Below, piece by piece: positions 44,430 to 55,200 of a stretch of 64,000 nt of DNA. Both the position numbers and the translations under genes were made by a program. The stretch lies in NCBI RefSeq assembly GCF_000142905.1, contig NW_013657622.1, forward strand, positions 62,001 through 126,000. The letters are read 5' to 3'. This DNA is from Thecamonas trahens ATCC 50062. Lineage: Eukaryota; Protista; Apusomonadida. The notes under the pieces were generated by a model, which saw only the letters and a program-made list of their open reading frames with translations, searched no databases and was not told where the DNA came from. Each line of letters starts with the position of its first letter. The stretch's first letter is position 1.

Positions 44430-46739
44430 AAGGCTACAAAATGTGGGAGACTAAATGCTCGCGTCGCCGCCCCAGCATTTATGGGTTTCACTCCCTCCAG
44501 CACACGTTCACCAGTGAATCCCCACCCAAACTACGACCTTTTTTGGACTGCCCGACAGCCGCCGACAGTCACGCGAGCACTCCCGCCCACAAACGCAGGT
44601 GCCGTTCGTTAGGACCTTCACCGATCTCCACACACGCACACTCACATACACACAAACACACACACATATGAACAAGAACAGGTCGTCCACAAGCTCCTCG
44701 GCACGTCCAAGACAAGGTCAAAGCTCACGCAAGCGACCCCGTGATGACAACGGCGGCTGCGAACAACCCCCACCCCCGGACAAGAAGTCCAAGCATCTCG
44801 AAAACACGCCATCCCAGGGCCGTACACACGCGTCCTCGCAGGCTGCGGCGCGGGCGAGGCACCGTGCAAGAGAAAACGCTCGCAGAGCCAACGCCCACCT
44901 GGAATCCGCCCGCAACTCCTACGCCCTGGCCATGCAGAGGCTCGCGGCGACAGCTGCCGCCCTGAACGACTTCTCGGCCATTCGTCTGCGACAAAGCCTT
45001 GCAGAACAACTTGCAAAGCAAAATCGCAACCTCGAAGACCTGAAAACTGGTGCCCGCGTTCTCGACGACGCGCTCAACAGCACCGACCCGGGCCGCCAGG
45101 GCCGCTGCCCGCAAACGTGTCGAGCGCGAGCGGAAAAGGTCGGCAAAGGGGCGCCTCTTCGCGCAGCTGCGCCTCAAGATCGAGTTTGTCAAAGAGGTAC
45201 CCGTCGGCGACAACTTCGACGATGACGAGTACGTATCCCGGGTCATGGCAGCTGAACCAACACAAGATGATATCTCAAGACTCACCCAGCGTGGATCGGT
45301 GCACTGGTGGCCCGAGTGGCACCCTGAACCACTCGCCATGGCCGATCTTCGGCTTCATCTCCTCTACCCGGCATTCGAAGAGAAATGCCTACTCGACGGC
45401 AACGACTATCTGCTGTCTCCGATAGAGGTACCGCGCGACTCAACGGACGACCATTCCGACGACGACGACGACAGCAACCGTGCGTGCCCATCACCGATGA
45501 CCCTGGTCCCGTCGTCGCAGGCAACAACCAACGAAGGCCTGGCCCCCATGGATGTCGCCGGCACCGCCCAGCCGGATCCTGTGGCAGATGTCCTGCCGGC
45601 GTCCACCGGAGCCGCCCAACTTGCACCGCCTCGTGCCACAACTGCTCACACACCCAACCCGGCGCGCACCGCGCCCCAACCAGCTCGGGACAGCCGGACC
45701 GGTCCGGCGTCGTCACCAGCGCCTGCATCATGGTCGGCGAGGGCGGCCACTCGCATCCGGGATGAGGTCATCGGCCGCGGCATCACAAAGAGTCGGGGTC
45801 GTCGTGATCGTCGTGGTCGTCCAAGGACTCAACCGCAACAAGAACCAGGACTTGCGCATCAAACCAGGGCCCCGCGACCGGGCGACATTGTTGTTGCACC
45901 TGCGCCTGGTGCGACAAGGGCCGAGACCACCGCAACCGCGGCAAGTAGCGCGAGCGCAGCAAGCACCGCCGCCATCGAATGCGCCGCTGATGCTAGCGAC
46001 ATCGAGCCCGAAACCACGCTCGAGGCCGTGTTCGCTGCCGTTGTTGAGGACATACAGGAGCGGGTCCGTGTCCGTACGATGATGGCTCTCCAGCGCCGCC
46101 AGGAGCAGGCAGGTCTCGACCTCGCCACGCGGCGCTGGCTAGATGACCAAGAGGCCCAGTTGCGTGCCGAGCACTTAAGCGCCAATTCTGCTCTGGACAA
46201 ATGCACCCTTGATCAGGTGGTCGCGGCGGGCCTGCACCACGCATGGTGGAATGACCTGCATGGCGACGCGGTCGCCGGGCTTGGTGAGTGCCTCGCTAAG
46301 CTCGGCCTGGACAGTGTCCACAACACCCGGGCCCCTGCCCCGCCCAACTCCCCGGCCTCGGTCTTCCCCGACGCGCTCTCAAGAGAGGACGAGCAAGACC
46401 TAGTCAACAGTGCGGTGCAGGCCATCACGGACGCCACCGACAGCGTTGCGTGTGCTGTCTGCTCACGCTCTGTCGCCGCGTCCGACGTCGAGCTCATCTC
46501 TCTCGCCAACCCTTCGCCGGCCTTTGTCGAGCGCCCAGACCGCACGCCATGCTGGTCACGCAGACCCCCGTTCAGTCGGGAAGGGGCCCAAATGCGGTCT
46601 TGTCATGTACCAGATGGTCCGCAAGCTCACGGTGCCCATTACTGCCCAGCTGCCAGCTAGTTTGGTCAATCCCGTTCCCATCGGACATCGCAAGGCCACT
46701 TGGAACAACTCGCCCTCACCACTCACCCCCTACCTCCAC

Positions 46740-48106
46740 GCCGCACACATTCACGTCATCGACGAGGTCTCCATGCTCTCCATCACAACCCTTACCTGCA
46801 TCCACTGCGCCTTGTGCAAGGCGATATGCCTCCCTTTGACTCCAACACCCCTCTCTTCGGCGGTGCGAACGTGGTCTTTGTCGGTGACCTCGCTCAGCTC
46901 GCCCCAGTCCTCGCCCACCCTGTCTACATCCATTTCGAAACCGACCTCAGCACCAGACAGCGCGCCCAGCGCGCCGCTCGCCTACACAATGCAACCACAG
47001 AATTTGAAGACATCGGTGTCAACCTCTGGGCCGCTGCCTCGGCTACAGTCGTCATCCTTAAGATCAACAACAGAGCCCGCAGCGACCCAGCCTTTGCCCA
47101 TCAACTCGCCGTCGCACGCAACGGCAACTTCGCCCCAAACGGCTCCGTCGCCAAACTCATCCGCAGCCGCACCTTCGCCACCGCCGCCGACCGGGCGAAG
47201 GCTATCGCAACCGCCCTAACAACTGCCTCTGCCCTCGACACTCGAATCATTGTCTGCTCGAACGCTGCTCGCGTTGCTTGGTATACCACCATTTATGCTC
47301 GCATCGCCGCAGCTGCACACGCTGCCGAAGCCCCGCCGCCCATCATGGTTGAAGCCGTCATCTCCATCGCTCGCTCCCCACCTCGCGACTCAACCCGCAA
47401 CCTTCTCCTTCGCCTTCCCGGCTCAAGCGCCACTTGCTACTACGACATGCGTGTCCCGCTCGCCATCGGAACTCCCGTCATGTTCATCGACAACATCGCC
47501 ACCTCCGCTGCCATCTGCAACGGCACAACTGGTATCGTCGTCGGCGTCGTCTTCCCTGACAACGTCACATTCGTACACAAGATCCTCTCTCGCTCCGTCC
47601 CCAACTCGGTCGTACGCATCCCCAACACCCTTCCTGCTGTGGTCTACGTCGACGTTCCGTCCCTCCGTGGCCGCACCTCACACCTACCAGGCGTCCCCGA
47701 CACCTTCCCCACTTCCGTTGTCGCTGTCGTGCCTCGCGCCGCTTCTGGATGCCGGCTCACCGTCCCTTCAGCCAACAGAACTGCACATGCCCCAACCAAG
47801 ATCAACTTCTCCCTTCGCCAACTGCCCATTGTCGCCGCTTTTACCTCCACCGTCCACAAGGTCCAAGGCACTAGCCTCTCCGTCGCCATCATCCCTGCCT
47901 TTGCCGAGAAGACCATCTCACCCAACGCGACTCTCTCTGCTCAGGCTCTCTACGTCGCCATGTCCAGAGCACGAACTAGCAGTGGCCTCATCTTCTTCCA
48001 GTCGCCCACATTCAACTATCTCAACCGCCTCAAGTTGCCTGACAACCTCAAACGCGAGTTGCAGCGCACCACAGCCAACGACGTCGCCCCGCCACTCACC
48101 CAGTAG
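46740..48106 (+). pseudogene. PIF1-family SF1B helicase fragment lacking Walker A
   Basis: 'VIDEVSM' (frame of ORF 46410), then 'FGGANVVFVGDLAQLAPV', 'CNGTTGIV', 'AFTSTVHKVQGTSL', 'LYVAMSRART' (ORF 46700). Confidence 0.8.
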
Positions 48107-48194
48107 ATAGATCCAGCATCAATGAAGTCACAACCTATACCTGGGGGGAAAGACCGCGTGACTCGGGATGCAGCGGGCGGCCGTAGGCCCCCGC

Positions 48195-48240
48195 CGAGGT
48201 CTCATCCGTGCGCAACTTGTTGCGCACGGATGAGACCTCG
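48195..48240. other. perfect 22-bp inverted repeat with 2-nt loop
   Basis: CGAGGTCTCATCCGTGCGCAAC-TT-GTTGCGCACGGATGAGACCTCG. Confidence 0.95.
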
Positions 48241-48362
48241 TCACAGCCTCCGATCAGTGTCACACGCCGCGCGTGCTCACAACCGCAACCTAATACCGTA
48301 CCTGCAGCATCAACCATCACAGTCCCGACGATCTCCGGCGCCAGAGTACTCCACCCTCCGGG

Positions 48363-48431
48363 TTGAAGCATTACCTCCAGGATGGTGTTTAATTGCGATG
48401 CGTGCGGTAGAGAGCAAAGGATGCGGTGGAC
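48363..48431 (+). repeat. right 69-bp direct repeat
   Basis: identical to 44361-44429. Confidence 0.95.
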
Positions 48432-48479
48432 GACGTCGACACGGCTTGGCGCGAATATTCAGGCCGCCAAAATCGCGAC

Positions 48480-48600
48480 TTTAATATGAGCTATATATTT
48501 ATATAAATTCCTGATCAAATAAACATCATTAAATAAATCACAACATAATTTTTGAAAGTTTACACTACTAACTAAAATAAATATATAAAAAGAATATTTT
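48480..48600. promoter_or_regulatory. AT-rich island flanked by E2F-like motifs
   Basis: the only strongly AT-rich ~120 bp in the window; TTGGCGCGAA (~48446), GCCGCCAAAA (~48463), TTTTGGCG (~48628). Confidence 0.4.
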
Positions 48601-48836
48601 GACGCTTAGGAGCCTGTTTTTGATACTTTTTGGCGTTTGCTCTTTGGTTGGCCAAACGCCTTGGTGTCAACAGAATCATGCTGCGAGAACGATTCAATTG
48701 ACCCAAAGGCGTGATATGTACGCATATGCTGAAAAGGCAAGACGGTGGTTCTGAGGGGGTATCTGCGTCGAGAAGACGCGATGTGGTCTGCGGAGTGGTG
48801 TCTGACTCGGGCGGAAACGGAGCATCTCATATTGGG

Positions 48837-48919
48837 GTTCTGGGACCGTTCCAGGAACGCTTTCCCAGGAGCGCGATGATCGCGTCTTGGGGATACCGTT
48901 CCGGGAACGGTCCCAGAAC
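48837..48919. other. 83-nt imperfect long hairpin made of nested palindromes
   Basis: GTTCTGGGACCGTTCC...GGAACGGTCCCAGAAC outer stem. Confidence 0.85.
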
Positions 48920-49213
48920 GCTGGCGCTCAAGACCGTTCATAGAGCGATGCCGCTGAGCTCTCAGACAGCGCTTGAAGAACGCTGCCACGTCGCGATCAC
49001 GTCGAAACCCCTGACCTCTGCGATCAAACACACACCTTCTGTTAGTATTGAGCTCAAGGCTCACGTTCCAGTCTGCCGCAGACTCTAGCTTTCACCTCCA
49101 CACATAGAGGCACGCACGACAAGACGTTCACCACGCGCGCCAAGCTTCTTGTAATCTATATAACCCACCCACGCCATCCATCGATCTCATGACTGTATAA
49201 ATCGCTTGTGTTG

Positions 49214-52200
49214 TCACACCACATACTGTCCGCCGCCTGTCAAATCCAGCTGCGATGACATATCAGTCGACGACGACCCGCCGTTGAAACCATTGTCGTC
49301 GGTCGACGGCTGGACACTTGCAAATGGCACGCCACTATCGCCGCCGTCGTCGTCATCGTCGGTCGATGCAGTGATGAAAGTGAGCGAGCCGCCGCCGCCG
49401 CTGCTACTGCGGCTGCGCGTTGATGACGCCGAGGCATCCGCGGCGCCAGCCACAGCAAGCGCGGCGAGATCGTCGACGCTGTCGAGCAGGCCATCGCCGT
49501 GGAGCATGACCTCGTCGAGCGCCTTGAGGATGTCATCGACGTCTTCGGCGCCCTGTGCGTCATCAGCGTCATGGGCCGGATGGAGAACATGCCGCGCCCG
49601 CTCGAGCTTGGCCTCGCGCTCAGCCTCGCGCTTGGCATTCGGTGTGAGCTTGCGGCCAAACACATTGCGGTCAAGGTGCGGGTGCAAGAGCGACCACAGA
49701 ATGTACAGGACGCAGAGCGCGATAATGCCGTACGGAAAGTACTCGAGGACAAACGCGAGCTGGTTTGCCTCGCTATCTGTCAGCGCCGTCTCCGACTGCG
49801 TCCACGCCACCGTCGCCAGCATTGCGGTCACCAGCAGCATCAGAAGCGTCAGCGTCTCCAGCATGTCCAGCGCAGAGTCGAGGTATGGCCGAAACATGAG
49901 GTGTAAGATAGCGAAAAAGGTAAAGAGCACAAGCAAGAGCATCCGCGTAAAGTCCGGCTCCTCGCCCGAGAGCTGAAGGACAGACACCACCAGCGTCTTG
50001 CGCAACTCTAGCCACGGCGACCACATGAAGAACGCCCGCTCAAACGGAAACAGCAACATGCCAAGCATGCCATGGGCCCACTGCGGAAGCCACCTTCGCC
50101 GAATCCGCTGCACCACAAGCGCAAGCATCAGCGCCACAGGCAGAGCATACACGTACAGCCCCGCAAGCACAAACGCTACCACCCGATAGCGAAAGTACTG
50201 CGGGTTCCACGCCCCGTTCTTGTCCTTGCACTGCACCGTCACGTCCGCCACAAGCAGCTGCTCGTGTTCCTCCTCCGGGAAGGGCGCGCGGCACCGAAGC
50301 ATCGCCAGAATCAAATTCATCGTCGGTGTGTACGTAAAGAGCACAATCATCAACAGTGCACGCCGGAACCGCTCGTTGATCGACAGCGCTCCGAGCTTCG
50401 CCTGCACCATCCGCTTTGGCGAGAACCCGTGATGTGACACAGCCACAGACGCCTGCTTGGCCACAACAGCCGCGCTGGCAAGCTCGCGCTCCACCTCGGC
50501 CAGTCGCTGCTCCCGCAGTTTCGGGTTGTGCATCACCACCGCCAGCGACGATTCAGCCAGCCCGACCTTGTCGTCACCTTCCTCCTCTTGCTGTTCGACC
50601 ACAGCCCGCCACGCTTGCGGCCCAAACAAATCGCCGGACGTCGCCGAAGAGCTCGACGACGTCTCACATGGTGATCTCGAGTCGGACGACGCCGTTGACG
50701 CTGTCGACGTTCCGGTTGCACTCCATCCTTGCCGGCCACGCCCGACCGTACTCGCATCGCCCACATTCACCGGCGTCTCCTCGCTCATAGCCACCAGCGC
50801 CACCCCGTCGGCAGCCACTGCCCGCACCTGCGACATTGACATCGAGCTGGAGCTGGTGCTCGAGCTCGAGCTTGAGGCCGAGCTTCCGATCGAGCTGGAG
50901 CTGCTCGAGCTGGAGCTGGTACTTGACATAGTCGAAGATGACTTGCGCTTCCGCTTCGCCTTGCGCTTCTTGCGGCTGTGGTCCTTCTTCTTCTTCTTCG
51001 ACTTGTGCTTCGACATCGACACGCCAGCGACTGTGCCCACCGATGTCGCCGCCATGACGTTGTCTTCTGCCTCCATCCCGCGCATATGGATCCGAAGCAT
51101 CGCCGCTTTGGCCGCCAGAAGAATCACTCTCTCCTCAGCTTCATCTTCCCACTTGAGCTCCGCGATCTCGGGATTTTTCTCACCGTACAGGTCAATGCAC
51201 CTGTGGAGCAGCCGCTCAAAGCTCCACACCAGCAGCAGGAGCATAACAAAGTACACCGGAACAAACATCTTGATGATAAACATCTGGTAGATCGAGAGCG
51301 GCATCATGCACGTGTCCGGAATCGAGTCGAGCGAGGCCGAGAAGAGCGTCCACGTGTTGGCGTCCTCCGCCTGTCGCCGCGGGAACGCTGCAATGAGAAA
51401 CCCGAACATCTGGCCAAAGAACACAATGATCTTGGTGTTGCCCGACGACGCCGAGGCAAACCAAAAGTTGAACCAGGTGAACGCCAGAGGCAGCACAACA
51501 CCGGCAATCAGGATGGCCATCACATTCGGCTCCTTGCATTCGACGCACTTACCGGCCGTCAGCTTGAAGCCCGGCACGCAACTGCCACACAAATCGCCGG
51601 TGTGGTGCGGCGCGCACTCGTTGTCGCCACGGCAGAGCGAGGTCTCGCACTTGCCAAAGAACACGTCAAATTTGGCGCCCGTCACCACCTGGAACTGCGG
51701 CTGGTTCGTCTGGAACGTTGTCCCATTCACATCCGCCCCGCATAGCTCAGCCACCGACTCGTTGAGCATCCGTGCCACCGTCGCATCAGAGTTGCCCAGC
51801 CGATCCACCTCTTCCTGCTCTTTCTCCACAAGAAACCGGTAAAAGCCCGGATTGGCCTTCACGAGGTCAAGCTCGCACGATGAGCTCGACAAGTCGCACG
51901 GCACACACTCGAGCAGCGGGTTGAACGTGTACGTCCCGGCCTTGCACGGCTCGCACTCGGTCTGCCCCGTCCGCGGATTCCACGTCCCACTCGAGCAGAG
52001 GCAGCACGACGACGAACCGCGCCGCGGCTGGTATGTTCCTTCGGGACACTCGGAGCACCGCGTCACGTTGCCCTTGGAGAACCGCCCTGGATCGCACTCG
52101 GAGCACGACGACCGGCCCTCGACGTCCGAAAACGTGCCTGGCGGGCACGGGAGGCACGCCGCCATGCCCTGGTTCGGCGCATACGTCCGCGGTGCACACT

Positions 52201-55200
52201 TGGAGCACCGCGGCGCGTTGGGCACGTCCGAGTACGTCCCAGTCTCGCACAGCAGGCAAATCTCTCCCACAAGAAACTCGCCCGGAAGGCACGCCCGGAT
52301 GATGATAGAGTCAAGCGCAGGCGTGACAAGCGGAAGCGACCGGATCGAAAACGTCATGTTCTGCGGAATGCCCGGGTATGCTGTCACCGCAACCTTGCCA
52401 AACCGCGCCACACCAGCGACCGCAGACTCGACTCCGCCACGAACTACCGCGTTTGGCACTGTCAGCGTCACCAGCGCGTTCGCTGTCACCGCAGGCTGCC
52501 CGTAAAAGTCCACAAGGCCCAGCACCCACGGATCTGCCACCTCGAGCCCGGACGCGTATGGAATGTTCGGGGGCTCCGAGAGGAGTTGCAGCCGCGCCAC
52601 ATGCGTTGCGTGATCCGGCCCATACACAGCAGCATTGCCCGAAAACGTGTTGCCCGCCTCGGTGAGCGGCTGCGCCAAGTCGCGCCAATGCACGGCCCCG
52701 CCCGGGCCAACCGCAACGTTGTTGCGCAGCGTCGAGCTCGTCACTGAGCCCGAGGTGCCGTGGTCAACCACCAGGCACCCGCCGGCGCCGCCGGCAAAGT
52801 TACCACGGCAAGTGATCGCGCTCACGCTCACTGTCGCCACGCGCCCAAACAGCCCACCGCCGTCCACAGTTGCACCGTTGTCTTCCACCGTAGCGCCCGA
52901 GCTCACATTCAGCGCGCATCCATCCGCGAACAGCCCGCCGCCGAACGTTGCGTTGTTCTCCCGAACAACCACCGACGCTCCGCTCACGCCCAGCACCGGC
53001 ACGCCCAGCTCGGCCACGTCCGACAGGCAGTACACACCGCCGCCGAGACCTGCGCCAGACACGCTCTCTGGCTCGTGCACGTCATCGCCGGGCACCAACT
53101 CTGGCAACGAGGTTGCCTGCGCCACTCCGTTGTTGCTCACCACCGCCGATCCACTCACTGCCACAGAGCACCCGTACGCAAACACGCCACCGCCACGCCA
53201 CGGTGCAGTATTGTTGACCACCGCCGTGTCCGCAAGCACCAGTACGCTCTCTAGCAGCGAGACGTGCGCGCCGCCGCCGGCCTTGCTCGCAACGTTGTGC
53301 GAGAGAGAGGCCGACGTCAGATCGACAGCCGCTGCACGCACCGCGTACAGCCCGCCGCCGAGCACCGCCACATTGTGCTCAATAGCTGCGCCAGACGGCC
53401 CAGTCACCCGCAAACTTGCGCCATCGGCGGCAGCTATGCCGCCGCCAGCTTGCCCGGCCCGATTGTGGCTCACGAGCACTCCGCCAGTCAACGCGAGAAC
53501 CGACATCGAGCCGCCCGCCAGCCCGCCGCCGCTCACGCCCGCCGAGTTGCTCCTCATCAGCCCGCCGCTCACAGACACCTCGGCCTCGAGTGCAAACACT
53601 GCGCCGCCGCGCTGACTAGCCACATTCGCGGTAAGAGTTGTGCCACTCACCGCCACGCCCGACGACGCGCTTGCGCCAAGCCCTCCTCCGCTGCTCCCGG
53701 CGCTGTTGTTGTGGAACGTGGCGCCGGTCACCGACGCCACGCCGACAGCTTGCAGCCACAGGCCGCCGCCGTACTCGCTGGCAACGTTGCCGGTCACCAG
53801 AGCCCCGTTCAGAGTCACCGTCCCGCTTCCGCTCTCGCCGCCGTGCTCGCTACCAAGTCCGCCCGCCCAGAGCCCTCCGCCGCTCCGGCTGGCCGTGCAG
53901 CCTTCGATCCGCGCACTCCCGGAGACCGCCAGCGTGGCACCGGCGCTCACCGCAAGGCCGCCGCCAAACGCTGCCCGCGAGAGCACCACCAAGCTCGCAC
54001 CGCTGAGGCTTGCAGACGAGCCTGAGCCTACCGCCAACAGACTCCCACCGCTGCCCGAGGCCCCTACGACAGAGTTTCCCGCTAGCACACTGCCTGCCGC
54101 CGTCCAGCTCGCGCCTGAGGTGACCAAAACCGCGCCGCCGCCCGGGCCGCTCGCCATGTTGCCCTCCAGCCGCCAGCTTGCCGCGCTGTGGCTCGCGCTC
54201 GTTCCTGTGCCGGCGAGGCAGAGCCCACCGCCGCCGTCCGCTGCAGAGTTGGCGTTCGTGGTCACGCTCGCTGCCACGTCGACACTCGCTCCGCTACTTA
54301 GCGCCAGTCCACCGCCGCACCCGACGCTGGCGGAGTTCGAGCTGACGCTTGTTCCGGCGCCGAGGTTGATCGTGCTCGAGTGAGCGGCTGCAATGCCGCC
54401 GCCGCCACCTCTGGGCCCACTTGCGGTATTGCTGCTAACAGTGACGCCAGTGAGTGTGGCTGTGCTCGACGCCGCAAGCGCGAGGCCGCCGCCGCTGTCG
54501 GCTGTGTTGGACGAGAGCGTGACACCTGCGGCGACAGTGACCGTCGCCCCGGACGTGGCCCAAATTCCGCCTCCGCTCACTGACGCGCTCGCGCCCGAAA
54601 TCGTGCTTGCGCCCAAGAGGTCCACCGTGGCATTGGTGGCCGCCAGTGCTCCGCCACGGACAGCAAGAGAGCCGGCGCCGCAGGTGCAGGTGTCCATCGA
54701 GACCGAACCGCTGCCGTCCACCGCCAAGTCGCCGCCATCGACACCTGCAGAGTTGCCGTTCAGCGTCGAGCGGGCGAGAGCGCCCGAGACGCCGTGCAGC
54801 GCAATGCCGCCGCCACTTCCGCCGGCAGTATTGTTCGAGACAGTGAGGTCCTCCAGACCGCCCGCCACAGACGCTTCGTCGCCGACGTACAGGCCACCGC
54901 CGTCGCCGCCCGCAGTATTGGCCTGAAGCGTGGTGTCTTGCAGCTTGGCCGAGGCGGCGGGGCCGGAGATGCAGACGGCACCGCCGTGTCCAGCCGCGGT
55001 TGATGAGACAATTTGCGAGCCGCTGATGAAGCTGGCAAAGCCTGAGCCCGAGACGGCAACGCCTCCGCCGCAGCCGCTTGCCTGCGACGTGGACACCACC
55101 ACGTTCGAGAGCGTTAGTGAGCCACTGTCGATCCACAGCGAGCCACCTGCGCCGGATGCTGAGCAGCCGGTGATCGTCATGTCGGCGAGCGTGACTCGCG

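Larger units (their letters stand above)
44361..48431 (+). mobile_element. degenerate/internally deleted PIF1-helicase (Helitron-like) element bracketed by perfect 69-bp direct repeats
   Basis: direct repeats at 44361-44429 and 48363-48431; frameshifted ORFs with atypical codon use; PIF1 motifs; CAVC motif. Confidence 0.7.

Noticed and set aside
48800-48830. SRP RNA helix 8 (CGGAAACGGAGCA)
   Set aside because: Lacks the upstream CAGG, a convincing helix 6 and the Alu domain
49070-49090. Helitron 3' end (AGTCTG-CCG-CAGACT-CTAG)
   Set aside because: The hairpin directly abuts CTAG, is not followed by T, and lies outside the direct repeats; unsupported without other copies
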